IMG/VR virus record: IMGVR_UViG_3300045285_000090 | Coordinates: 1 to 42,605 of that record | Origin: a virus | Taxonomy: Duplodnaviria > Caudoviricetes | DNA: 42,605 bases | Strand: one strand, 5' to 3' | Shown: one piece after another, positions 25,252 to 33,869 of the stretch | Layout of the letters: each line of letters starts with the position of its first letter | How positions within the stretch are numbered: the stretch's first letter is position 1 | The notes under the pieces: model-generated | What the model saw: only the letters and a program-made list of their open reading frames with translations | Database searches by the model: none | What the model was told of the DNA's origin: nothing | Program-made: the position numbers and the translations under genes

Positions 25252-27598
25252 CGCCCTCGAGTCCTTCCCCGTGGATGGTGCCGGTCAGCTCGCCGTCTTC
25301 GATCGTGCCAGTCGAGCGCGCGTTCGTCGCTGCGCCGGTCATCGCGCGAGCGGTCATGGATCCTCGGAGCTCGCCGTCTGCGATCGTTCCCCGCGCCGGC
25401 GGGCCTGACGGTGTGACGGGTTCTCCGCTCGAGGATGTTGCGAGGTCACCGGTGGGCGTCACCGCGCCGGTGAGCGTGAGAAGCCTGAGGACGAGCGCGT
25501 CGAGCGTTCCCGATGGGGAGACGGCTCCAGCGAGCGCCTTGGTCGCTGCGCCGATGAGTCCCGACGTGGGTGATGCCGTTCCGGTGGTGGCCTTGCTCGT
25601 GAGCTTCGAGACCGTGCCCGTCGAAACGATAGAGCCGGCGACCGACAGCAGCCGGACGATCACCGAGGAGGGCGAGCCACTCGGGGTGGTCGTTCCGGTG
25701 AGCGGCTTGGTGGTCGTCTTGGATGCTTCGCCGGTCGGGGTGGTTGCCGCGTCCTGCGTCTTGGCTGCGGCCTTGGTGAGCGTTCCCGATGGTGACGTGG
25801 AGCCGCTGAGGTTGACCGAGCTCGCGCCGGTCGTCGTCAGGTCGCCGCTCGGGCTGATCGTGCCGGCGACAGCCTTGGCGATCGCCTTCGCCAGGATGGC
25901 CGCCGGCGTCGCTGCGCCGGTGAGCGTGGTCGCGATCGCCTTGACGAGCGTCCCGGATGGGGTGGTAGCGCCGTCGAGCGTCTTGCTCGAGGCCTTGGTC
26001 ACCGTTCCGGTGGGCGTGACCGCACCAGCCAACAGCTTCGAGACAGCGTTCGCGATGACGCCGGCCGGGGTCACTGCGCCGGTCGGGGACTTCCCGACGA
26101 GCTTGGTGATAGCCCCTGTCGGTGTCGTGGCGCCCGCCAGGCTCGCCACGTGGGTCGTGGCGTTCGTCTCTGCGCCGGTCGGGGTCGTAGACCCGGCTTC
26201 GCTCTTGCCGACGAACTTCGTGATCGTGCCGGCTGGCGTGCTAGCGCTCGAGAGCGCCTTCGCGATGGTCTTCGCGAGGGATCCCGTGGGTATTGCTGCG
26301 CCCGCGAGGGCCTTGGCGATGGTCTTGGTGAGCGACCCGGCAGGAGTCGTCGAGCCTGCGAGCGACGTCGAGTAGATGATGCCGTTCGCTTCGCTGCCGG
26401 TCGGTGTCGTCGCACCGGAGAGCGACTTGCCGATGAGCTTCGCAAGGGCACCTGTGGGTGTGATCACGCCGGCGAGCGCCTTCGTGATGGCCTTGGTCAG
26501 TGCGCCGGTGGGGGTGGTGGAGCTCGTGAAACCCTTGCCGGCGGTGTTCGCGAGAGCGCCCGTCGGGGTCGCAGCTCCAGCGAGAGCCTTGGCGTCTTGC
26601 TTCGCGCAGGTTCCGGTGGGCGTCGTTGAACCCGCTGCGGCTTTTGTGTCGGCTTTGGCGAGGGCGCCGGTCGGTGTCGTCGCTCCTGCGACCGTCTTCG
26701 CATCCGTCTTGGTCAGCGCGCCAGTTGGAGTGGTCGCTGCTGCGAGTCCCTTAGAGACCAGGAAGCTGACCGCGCCCGTGGGGGTGGTGGACCCATCCAG
26801 GCTCGCCGTCGCGGCGACGGGGAGAGTGCCACCGTCCAGGGGTGGGGTGAGACGAGGCGCCGCGAAGCGTCGGATCGGGAACGGGATCGGGAAAGGGACC
26901 CAGATGTTCGGCTCGCTGCAGTCGAGCTCGATGACGATCGCGGCGAAGCCTGACGGCGTGACCGCGGTCCATGCGACCGTCGCGGAGGTGTGACCTCCGT
27001 TGATCGTGGCGATCTCGATGCCCGTGGCAGGCACGTTGTAGCCCGCGTCGAGCTGCTCGGTCCAGCCCGTCGGGGGGGCGCTGTTGGCCGCGGAGTTCGA
27101 GGCCGTGAGCAGGGCGCCGATCAGGATGTTCCCGGTGAGCGGTGCCGCCGGCAGGTTCAGCGAGGGCGTGCCCGCGGCTTGGTTCTCCAGCTTCGCGACC
27201 TGTAGGACACCGCCGACCTGACGGATCGCGCCGATGCCCGAGCGCGAAGGGAAATCCCTGATGCGTAGGTGACCCAGGCCTCCGCCGGTGCTCGTGGCTT
27301 CCCCGGCTGTCGGGTTGTTCCCGATCTGCGAGCGCGGGTGCTTCCCCTTGCGGATCCACACCTGGAGCAGGTCGGCCGATGTGTTGTTGAGCGCCGAGAT
27401 GATCGCATCCCAGGCGCTCGAGCTGCCGCCGTCGTAGGTGTCGGCACACGTGAGGCCCGACGCCATGCCGGATGCTGCCATCACGACGACCGAGAGGTCG
27501 CCGTTCTCGACCGGGGAGGACGTGAGCTGCTTGTTTCCCGCCGTCGTGTTCCAGAGGATCCCTGCGGCGGTCCCCTCGAGCGTCCTGACGGAGGCCAT
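25238..27598 (-). CDS. Thr/Ala/Gly-rich repeat protein (putative fibre)
   Basis: About 255-aa N-terminal beta-rich domain followed by 25 tandem 18-20-aa repeats. Confidence 0.8.
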   Translation of the reverse strand: MASVRTLEGTAAGILWNTTAGNKQLTSSPVENGDLSVVVMAASGMASGLTCADTYDGGSSSAWDAIISALNNTSADLLQVWIRKGKHPRSQIGNNPTAGEATSTGGGLGHLRIRDFPSRSGIGAIRQVGGVLQVAKLENQAAGTPSLNLPAAPLTGNILIGALLTASNSAANSAPPTGWTEQLDAGYNVPATGIEIATINGGHTSATVAWTAVTPSGFAAIVIELDCSEPNIWVPFPIPFPIRRFAAPRLTPPLDGGTLPVAATASLDGSTTPTGAVSFLVSKGLAAATTPTGALTKTDAKTVAGATTPTGALAKADTKAAAGSTTPTGTCAKQDAKALAGAATPTGALANTAGKGFTSSTTPTGALTKAITKALAGVITPTGALAKLIGKSLSGATTPTGSEANGIIYSTSLAGSTTPAGSLTKTIAKALAGAAIPTGSLAKTIAKALSSASTPAGTITKFVGKSEAGSTTPTGAETNATTHVASLAGATTPTGAITKLVGKSPTGAVTPAGVIANAVSKLLAGAVTPTGTVTKASSKTLDGATTPSGTLVKAIATTLTGAATPAAILAKAIAKAVAGTISPSGDLTTTGASSVNLSGSTSPSGTLTKAAAKTQDAATTPTGEASKTTTKPLTGTTTPSGSPSSVIVRLLSVAGSIVSTGTVSKLTSKATTGTASPTSGLIGAATKALAGAVSPSGTLDALVLRLLTLTGAVTPTGDLATSSSGEPVTPSGPPARGTIADGELRGSMTARAMTGAATNARSTGTIEDGELTGTIHGEGLEGDVDS
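25430..26800 (-). repeat. 25 degenerate 54-60-bp coding repeats (consensus about LAGATTPTGALTKxxxKx)
   Basis: Repeats counted directly in the translation. Confidence 0.88.
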
Positions 27599-27611
27599 CG
27601 CCCCGTCTCTC

Positions 27612-28313
27612 CTAGTTCAGCGCCGAGAAGATGAGGGCCTGGGTCGTCGCGGTCCACACGCCCGCACCTGAGCGTTGCAGCGTCAAGACAAGCGAGTTCG
27701 TGCCAACCGTCGTGTCGACGGTGACCTGCGCGAGCGCGGAGTTCGGCAGCGTGTAGGGCTGCAGCGTCGACGCGAGCACCGCCACCGCCGGCACCCACAG
27801 ACCCCAGCCCTTGAGCTTGCCGGAGGCACCGCTGAGCTCAGCGGTCGCGTACACGTCGGCGATCCAGGAGATGTTCGTCTGTGACACCGTGCCCGCGACC
27901 GACGCGCCCGCAGCGAGCGCGGTGGGAGCGTCGGAGGACCCGTAGCCGATGCCACCGACGTAGTTCCCGGCGGTGCCGTCCGTCGTGACCTTTCCGAACG
28001 CCTTGATGTGCACGGTGCGGCCAACGTTGGAGAAGAAGTTGGCCGGCGTGATCGTCGTGGCATACGGCCAGAGGGCCTTCTGGGTGGTGGCGAGCGTGAT
28101 CGCACCCTGATCGGCCGTGATGGGCTCGATCTGCATGTTGTGATAGCCCTCGCCGGCGCCCTGGATCCCCCAGATCGGCGAGCCGTCGCGGTGGAAACCG
28201 ACGACGTCCGGGATACCGACGCGCACGACCTGCAGCTGGCCCGTGTCGTCGGCTTGCTGCCGAACGTCGTGGACGAGATGCCGATCGAGCGTGACGGCCC
28301 CGCGGTCGTTCAC
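27612..28313 (-). CDS. Hypothetical beta-rich structural protein
   Basis: Gly/Thr/Ala-rich, within the pre-terminase module. Confidence 0.65.
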   Translation of the reverse strand: MNDRGAVTLDRHLVHDVRQQADDTGQLQVVRVGIPDVVGFHRDGSPIWGIQGAGEGYHNMQIEPITADQGAITLATTQKALWPYATTITPANFFSNVGRTVHIKAFGKVTTDGTAGNYVGGIGYGSSDAPTALAAGASVAGTVSQTNISWIADVYATAELSGASGKLKGWGLWVPAVAVLASTLQPYTLPNSALAQVTVDTTVGTNSLVLTLQRSGAGVWTATTQALIFSALN

Positions 28314-28316
28314 AGA

Positions 28317-29066
28317 TCAGCCGCCGGAGTTGAAGGTCGCCTGGTAGGTGGCCTGGAGCGAGTCCGAGCTGGCGACCAGGTTGACCGCGGAGAACTTCGA
28401 GCGATCGAGGAGCACGCCGCCGGAGTTCGCGGCCTGGTCGAACACGCCGTGCTCGGTGACGGCGAGCGTGCCACCGGAGTCCGGCGAGAAGGTCGCGACG
28501 GTCTGATAGACCTTCTGCGAGGCCTCCGCCGTGGTCCCGGTCGGGCGCGTGTTGTTCGACACGTACTCGGTCGTGAACTCGGTCCCGAGCGCGGTGTCTG
28601 ACGCCGACTCCGCGCCGGTGCCAATGCCGAACCCGTGGAACTTCATGTTCTCGAGCTCGACGAGGTTCTGGAAGGCGTCGACGACGAAGCCCATCCCGTT
28701 GTCGGTGATCAGCCGCATCGACGCGAGACCGAGGTCGGTAACCTCGCCGTCGGCGTTGAACACGCGAAGGAAGAGCGCGCCGTAGAAGTGCGGCACGCCG
28801 AGGAGCTGCGCCGCGCGCACCCGCCAGAGGCCGCGCCAGAGGTTCCCGAGGTTGCTCCGGCGCCAGCGGTTCACGGGCTCGGAGAGGCCGGCCTGCGGGA
28901 AGCCGTGCGTGATGATCTCGGCGAGCGATGTGGTCGCGCGGTCTGGAACCTCGTCGAAGATCTCGAGACCCTTGCCGGGGTCGACCTCGATGACACGGCC
29001 GCCGCGGATCACTTGCAAGCCCACCTCGCCGGCGGGGTCTGACTGGCCTTCTGCGAGCGGTGCCAT
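28317..29066 (-). CDS. Structural protein resembling the collar/fibre-anchor family
   Basis: GIGTG...DTALGTE...VTEHGVF...LLDR...DSLQATY pattern. Confidence 0.6.
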   Translation of the reverse strand: MAPLAEGQSDPAGEVGLQVIRGGRVIEVDPGKGLEIFDEVPDRATTSLAEIITHGFPQAGLSEPVNRWRRSNLGNLWRGLWRVRAAQLLGVPHFYGALFLRVFNADGEVTDLGLASMRLITDNGMGFVVDAFQNLVELENMKFHGFGIGTGAESASDTALGTEFTTEYVSNNTRPTGTTAEASQKVYQTVATFSPDSGGTLAVTEHGVFDQAANSGGVLLDRSKFSAVNLVASSDSLQATYQATFNSGG

Positions 29067-29068
29067 CG

Positions 29069-29266
29069 TTACGCTCCCTCCTCGGGCAACTGTTGGGTCC
29101 GGACCACTACCGGCCCGCCGGCGGATGCCGAGATCGACGCGGCCTCGAACGTCTTGAGCGCCTCGGCCAGCGCCTTGGCATCGATCGCCTCGAAGCTCTC
29201 CGTGGACTGATGCACCGTCACGCCTGTTGCGGGGTCTGATGCGACCTGGACGAACTCGAGCGCCAT
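29069..29266 (-). CDS. Small hypothetical protein
   Basis: MALEFVQVASD..., RBS AAGGA, 65 aa. Confidence 0.55.
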   Translation of the reverse strand: MALEFVQVASDPATGVTVHQSTESFEAIDAKALAEALKTFEAASISASAGGPVVVRTQQLPEEGA

Positions 29267-29283
29267 CGCGGGGTTCCTTTCGA

Positions 29284-29646
29284 TCAGGCGGCTTGCGATC
29301 GGATCCAGATCGCGACGGCTTGGGTCATGTTGCGGGCGCCGAGCTTCGCGCGGATCCGCGCCTTGTGGCACTGCACGGTCGTGGGTCGGATGTTCATCCA
29401 CTCGGCGACCTCGGCCTCGGTGAACCCAAGCGACAGGTAGTGCAAGACGCGGATCTGTTGGCGCGAGAGAGGGGCGCCTCGACGCATCCCTCGAGGCCGC
29501 TTCTCGCCCGTGATCGTCTCCCACACCCAGTCGTCGATCAGCTGCGATTGCTCGGGGGTCGTCGCGAGACGGCCGGCCGCTTGGATCGCGGCGACGAGGT
29601 CAGGGTGGGTCGTCTCGTACCAGTGCTGCAGCCGTCTCGAGGTCAC
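29284..29646 (-). CDS. LuxR/GerE-type HTH regulator (candidate late activator)
   Basis: LSRQQIRVL...GFTEAEVAEWMNIRPTTVQCH...KLGA. Confidence 0.8.
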   Translation of the reverse strand: MTSRRLQHWYETTHPDLVAAIQAAGRLATTPEQSQLIDDWVWETITGEKRPRGMRRGAPLSRQQIRVLHYLSLGFTEAEVAEWMNIRPTTVQCHKARIRAKLGARNMTQAVAIWIRSQAA

Positions 29647-29951
29647 GGTGCCCCCGATCGAGACGCGTGCCGCCCTCCTCCTCGCCGGGGCAACGAGGAG
29701 GACGGACGCGACCTAGCTCGCCGCCACAAGGACCCCACGAAGGGGAGGCGTCACCCGTGCACGGACGCCGGTACGTGTGCGGGGGCGAGCAGCTGCACCC
29801 ACCTGGCAAGGAGGGAAGGGGGCCCCACCGCCTCTGCGAACGAAGAGGTCCCCCAGCTCAGGAAAGACGAAGGAGCCGGGACCCCTCAGATGCTAGGCAA
29901 GGGGACACGACTCCGAGTGAAACGAAGTGAACCACAACGATGTGATTCTGG

Positions 29952-30161
29952 TCAAGAGGCGCGAGCAGGATCTTTGGCACGCGGGATGTGCCCTCGGATC
30001 TCGGGGTTGATCACCAGCTCTCGGTCCTTGGTCTGCTCGTAGTTGCGGAGGATCTCGTTGGGCGTTCGATCGCGGCCATGGCGACGATAGAACGCACGAC
30101 ACGAGTCACACCGATTGCCCCGGGCAATCGGACGCCACCCACAGACCGAGCACTCGGTCAT
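29952..30161 (-). CDS. C4 zinc-finger protein
   Basis: CSVC...CDSCRAFYRRHG; ATGA-coupled start 30161. Confidence 0.6.
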   Translation of the reverse strand: MTECSVCGWRPIARGNRCDSCRAFYRRHGRDRTPNEILRNYEQTKDRELVINPEIRGHIPRAKDPARAS

Positions 30162-30463
30162 CGCGAGTCTCCGTCGATCGTTCGCGAGTCTCCGTCGATC
30201 GTTCGGATGGCGTCCTTGACCTCGTCGGGCAGCTCGTCGAAGGCCCTCGCGAACCTCCGAAAGGCCTCCGTCACTTGCCGGACTGCCGGGAGCAGCGCTG
30301 TCCCCAACGCCATCGCAATGGCGTGGATCTGGGTTCTGAAGGCCTGCATGAGAGCCTCGAACTCCAGGCGGGCCTTGCGCCGACGATAGGCGCGCCACTC
30401 AATCACGACCTGCCACCACACAAGGCCGGCCAGGAGCACGCCACCGATCGCGAGCTCGATCAT
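30158..30463 (-). CDS. Membrane-anchored hypothetical protein
   Basis: N-terminal TM; ends in a duplicated TIDGDSR. Confidence 0.6.
   Translation of the reverse strand: MIELAIGGVLLAGLVWWQVVIEWRAYRRRKARLEFEALMQAFRTQIHAIAMALGTALLPAVRQVTEAFRRFARAFDELPDEVKDAIRTIDGDSRTIDGDSR
30161..30202. repeat. 21-bp tandem duplication
   Basis: TCGCGAGTCTCCGTCGATCGT x2. Confidence 0.9.
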
Positions 30464-30708
30464 CGTTCGCCTCCCTGGGGATTCAGGGGGCCGCGATCGA
30501 GGACATGGGCGAACACTTCCAGAAGGTCTGCCATGCCTAGGTCTGCCTCGCCGAAGTCGAGGTTTCCCGCGAACACTTCATCGTCTGGCGGCGCCCACCG
30601 CACTGGGACCTGGACATCCAGCGCCCCGCCTCGGATGTCGCACGCGATGGCGCGCATCGAGCGACAGACGGCTTCCATCCTCACAGCGGTGCTGAGTTCG
30701 TCAGTCAT
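30460..30708 (-). CDS. Hypothetical protein
   Basis: ATGA-coupled at both ends. Confidence 0.6.
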   Translation of the reverse strand: MTDELSTAVRMEAVCRSMRAIACDIRGGALDVQVPVRWAPPDDEVFAGNLDFGEADLGMADLLEVFAHVLDRGPLNPQGGER

Positions 30709-30971
30709 CGCTGGTTCCTAACCTTCGTCACGGCCTTCATCAGCCGGGTCGCTCGCGGCGTATCGAGCTTGACCGTGCCCTCGGCGATGTGGTCACCGAT
30801 GTTCATCTTGAAGTGAAGGGCCGCATCCTCGGCGGCCGCGACCAGTTCCTCCATGTCCCGAAGCTCGTCGCGCACCTCACCGTCCGGATCGAGGTCAGGA
30901 TGAAGCGCCAGGGCACCCCTCACGAACAACGTCAACAATGCGCCGGTCTGGGTGCTGGGTTGGTCAGTCAT
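30705..30971 (-). CDS. Hypothetical protein
   Basis: ATGA-coupled start MTDQPST. Confidence 0.6.
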   Translation of the reverse strand: MTDQPSTQTGALLTLFVRGALALHPDLDPDGEVRDELRDMEELVAAAEDAALHFKMNIGDHIAEGTVKLDTPRATRLMKAVTKVRNQR

Positions 30972-31129
30972 CGGTCGGACACCGTCGCGTCGATCGCGTG
31001 ATCCATCATGCAATCGATCAGGACGTCGAGGTCAGGCACGGGTCCGAACTTCCAGCCACAGCTGCACCGCGGGTGGTAGAAGCCTAGCTCGTCAGGCTCC
31101 AGGTCTGTCGCGTTGGAGTGGCTAGGCAT
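30968..31129 (-). CDS. Small protein with CSCG motif (not in the ORF track)
   Basis: MPSHSN...YHPRCSCGWKF...DH, 53 aa, stop overlaps the next ATG. Confidence 0.55.
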   Translation of the reverse strand: MPSHSNATDLEPDELGFYHPRCSCGWKFGPVPDLDVLIDCMMDHAIDATVSDR

Positions 31130-31352
31130 CGACGGAGCCGTCCGCCATCGAGTCGATCAGGTGGTCCTCGATCAGCGCGTCGAAGCGATCGGGCCTGAGG
31201 GTGGTCGTCGCTCCGCATGAGCATCGGCAGCGACCCCGGTGCCCCGCGTCGCGCTCGCAGTAGTGCCCGTTCGTGTAGGTGCAGCCGCCGGGACCCCAGC
31301 CGTTCAGGCACCCGGCTTGCGGAGACATCTCCTCGAGAGCGCTATCGGTCAT
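31122..31352 (-). CDS. Cys/His-rich small protein
   Basis: HYCERDAGHRGRCRCSCG. Confidence 0.55.
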   Translation of the reverse strand: MTDSALEEMSPQAGCLNGWGPGGCTYTNGHYCERDAGHRGRCRCSCGATTTLRPDRFDALIEDHLIDSMADGSVDA

Positions 31353-31485
31353 CGTCGTCCCCCGGTGCTCGGAACGGTAGCACGGAGATGCCGTGACACT
31401 TCGGGCACTCGATGATCCGCCCACCAAGGGGCATCTCACTGCTGTCGAACACCGCCAGGCAGGTGAAGCACTCCATCGCGCTCAT
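31342..31485 (-). CDS. Zinc-ribbon microprotein (MJ0042-like; not in the ORF track)
   Basis: MECFTCLAVF...RIIECPKC, 47 aa, ATGA-coupled. Confidence 0.55.
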   Translation of the reverse strand: MSAMECFTCLAVFDSSEMPLGGRIIECPKCHGISVLPFRAPGDDDDR

Positions 31486-31805
31486 TTGGCCATGACCTCG
31501 AACTCCACCACCCAGACGAGCGGGTTGTCCTTGGGCGTGGTCCGGTTGATCGCGTGGAACGCAACGAAGAAGGCGGCGCGGTCCGCATAGCCTTCGGCGA
31601 GGGCAGCCTCGCTGGTCAGGTCGTGGAGCAGCTCACGTCGCACGTCGCGTATCAGTGCCCGGGCGAACACGGCAGCCGGATCGAAGAGCCGCGTCGTGAG
31701 CTGGTGCGTCGCGCCGACGTTCCAGCGCTTGTCCCCGAGCCGCCGCGTCTGCGTCTTGCGACCATCGAGGATCGGCTGCACGTGCTCCGGCCTGAACAGG
31801 ATCAC
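31482..31805 (-). CDS. ASCH-domain protein
   Basis: ILDGRKTQTRR, ALAEGY and VWVVEF motifs. Confidence 0.85.
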   Translation of the reverse strand: MILFRPEHVQPILDGRKTQTRRLGDKRWNVGATHQLTTRLFDPAAVFARALIRDVRRELLHDLTSEAALAEGYADRAAFFVAFHAINRTTPKDNPLVWVVEFEVMAK

Positions 31806-31815
31806 GCGATGCCCC

Positions 31816-32796
31816 TCATCGGTCCCCCAGGGCCAGACCACCGACGCAGTTCACGCGCCGAAGGACATCGAGCTGATCCGGTTGGTTGTCGAGGTCCGCG
31901 AGGTTCCAGTGGTAGAGCATGTAGCCGGCGAGGTTCGGGGCGGCTGCCCACTGGTCGAACTGGTGCTGGAGCTCATCGGCGGTCGGGAGCCGGTAGAAGG
32001 CGTTGCCGAAGTCCTGCATGACCGCAACGATCCGGGGCAGGCCCGTCGCCGCGGCGTTCGCGATCACGCCGGGGATCTTGTCCTCGTTGTATCCCTTCCC
32101 CACGCTGATCGGGTACGTGACGAGCCCGTAGATGTCGGCGGCGTCGGCGAACGGTTCCCACGGCGACCCCGTCTTGAGCGTCAGGTAGGTCGGCTTCGTC
32201 GGATCCAGCGACTTGATCAGCTGCCCACGCTCGGCGATGTCGGTCGCGGCCTTCCCCAGGTCGGTCGCGCCGTTGGCCTCGTCCGTAATCTGGTAGGCGG
32301 CGATGGCGGGGTGGCCGGCGATCGCGGCGACGTGCAGAGACACCCAGCTGTTAGAGCGCTCGAAGTCGTTGGGGACCGCCCGATCGTAGGACCCGAGCCA
32401 GACGATCGCTCGCATGCCGGCGGCCTCGAGCTCGTCAAGGGTCGCGAGGTCGGGTGAAGCGGTGATCGTGGTCAGACCGACGGAACGCATGACATCGAAG
32501 CCGGAGGCGGTCTGATCGCGGCCGTAGGCGCCGCGCACGGTGAGCGGCGGCTCGATGATCGGATCGAGCTCGGCGAGCGTCGCCTTCAGCGTCGCGATCT
32601 CCTGCTGCTGAAGCGTGATCGTGCTCCTCGATGCATCCAACAGCGTGACGTTGCCCGCGAGCTGCGCCGCCTGGTCCGTGATGGTCGCGTTCAGCTCGGC
32701 GATCGTGTCGATGTCCTCGTTCAGCTGGTTCGCCTGGAAGGCGACCGTGGCCTCGAGGTCGGCGATCTGTGCCTTCAGGTCAGCCTTGCGTATCAC
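31816..32796 (-). CDS. Coiled coil fused to a glycoside-hydrolase-like TIM barrel
   Basis: N-terminal heptads; HPAIAAYQITDE and DIYGLVTYP resemble clan-A GH domains. Confidence 0.55.
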   Translation of the reverse strand: MIRKADLKAQIADLEATVAFQANQLNEDIDTIAELNATITDQAAQLAGNVTLLDASRSTITLQQQEIATLKATLAELDPIIEPPLTVRGAYGRDQTASGFDVMRSVGLTTITASPDLATLDELEAAGMRAIVWLGSYDRAVPNDFERSNSWVSLHVAAIAGHPAIAAYQITDEANGATDLGKAATDIAERGQLIKSLDPTKPTYLTLKTGSPWEPFADAADIYGLVTYPISVGKGYNEDKIPGVIANAAATGLPRIVAVMQDFGNAFYRLPTADELQHQFDQWAAAPNLAGYMLYHWNLADLDNQPDQLDVLRRVNCVGGLALGDR

Positions 32797-32965
32797 GCGT
32801 GTCCTCCTTCTCCGACAGCTCGCGGCCATCGAGCGAGTGATGGACGACGACCGCGCCGCCGCCGAGGAACGTGACGGCCGGACCGCACACGCACTCATCC
32901 GAGAGTTCGTGCTCGACCAGGTCGTTGCGTGGTATGGCGTGCGCCTGCAGGCCGAGGAGGGTCAC
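32780..32965 (-). CDS. Small His/Cys phage protein
   Basis: HAIPRNDLVEH...CVCGP...HHSLDGRE pattern, GTGA-coupled. Confidence 0.65.
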   Translation of the reverse strand: MTLLGLQAHAIPRNDLVEHELSDECVCGPAVTFLGGGAVVVHHSLDGRELSEKEDTRDTQG

Positions 32966-33420
32966 GCGATCCCCTCTCGCCGACGCTTCGCCTGCAGCTC
33001 CTTGAGCCGGGCGTGCTCGCCGTCGTTCAATGTGCGCGGGAAGCCCTCGGTCGGGGTCGGCGTGTCCGGCGGGTCGAACGGCTTCATGGCCTTGCGGATC
33101 CCGCGGCTGATCGCGGAGGCGTCGTTCTCGAGCTCGACGAGCTTCTTCGGGACGCCCTCGAGCACCTTGCGCAGCGCCGCCTGCGCGCCGGGTGTCGGGA
33201 TCACCTGTCCGTCAGGGCCGTCCTTGAGCGGGCCAGTGACGATCGTGCCGGTCGGATCCGAGTGGCCCGGTGGCCGGCCGACGGTGTCGTGCACGATCCC
33301 GGTGAGGGACGCGTCGTGTGCGAGCAAGTAGTCGCGCCAGAGGTCGGCCATCGCGAGGTGAATGTTCAGCAACGCCTCGTCGATCTGGCGGCTGATCCGG
33401 TGAGTGCTCTGGACGGTCAA
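32962..33420 (-). CDS. Hypothetical protein
   Basis: GGAGG RBS, TTGA overlap; GHSDPTG motif. Confidence 0.6.
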   Translation of the reverse strand: MTVQSTHRISRQIDEALLNIHLAMADLWRDYLLAHDASLTGIVHDTVGRPPGHSDPTGTIVTGPLKDGPDGQVIPTPGAQAALRKVLEGVPKKLVELENDASAISRGIRKAMKPFDPPDTPTPTEGFPRTLNDGEHARLKELQAKRRREGIA

Positions 33421-33869
33421 GAGCCCTCCTGCGTGCTCGGAGGCCCCATGTCGAGGATCTCGGCGACGATCGCCGCGGACAGCTGCTCGGTGGTCGACGG
33501 GAGCTCTGCAACAGCATCCATCGAGCCGCGGAGCCGCGAGAAGAGACCGTCGATCAGGAGGAAGCCACGGGCGCGGCACGTCGAGCACAGCTGCTCAGGC
33601 GCCGCGTGCTGCACGTCTGTCGCGCCATTGATCAGGCCGCCGTTGCAACCCGCCGGACATGCGATGCGGGCTCCCTCGATCGAGGTTCGGAGCCGTTCGG
33701 CGACGTCGGCGAGGACGCGCCACTGGAGATCCGCGAGCATGGCCTCTTGATGCTCCGCGCGCGCGGCGGCGATCAGGTAGGCATGGTGACCGACCTGTGC
33801 TCGTTCGTCGACGTAGAGCCAGAGCTCCCCGAGCGTCAGCGGTTGCGTGATCACGTCGGCGTCGCTCAT
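33417..33869 (-). CDS. Protein with DnaJ-like CxxCxGxG zinc finger
   Basis: CPAGCNGG...CSTCRARG; ATGA-coupled to the ParB gene. Confidence 0.6.
   Translation of the reverse strand: MSDADVITQPLTLGELWLYVDERAQVGHHAYLIAAARAEHQEAMLADLQWRVLADVAERLRTSIEGARIACPAGCNGGLINGATDVQHAAPEQLCSTCRARGFLLIDGLFSRLRGSMDAVAELPSTTEQLSAAIVAEILDMGPPSTQEGS

Noticed and set aside
25430-26800. CRISPR array or DGR template/variable repeats
   Set aside because: The repeats are degenerate and coding, with no spacers; no cas or reverse transcriptase gene seen
30161-30202. 21-bp tandem duplication as a regulatory element
   Set aside because: Only two copies, in frame at a gene end; consistent with replication slippage
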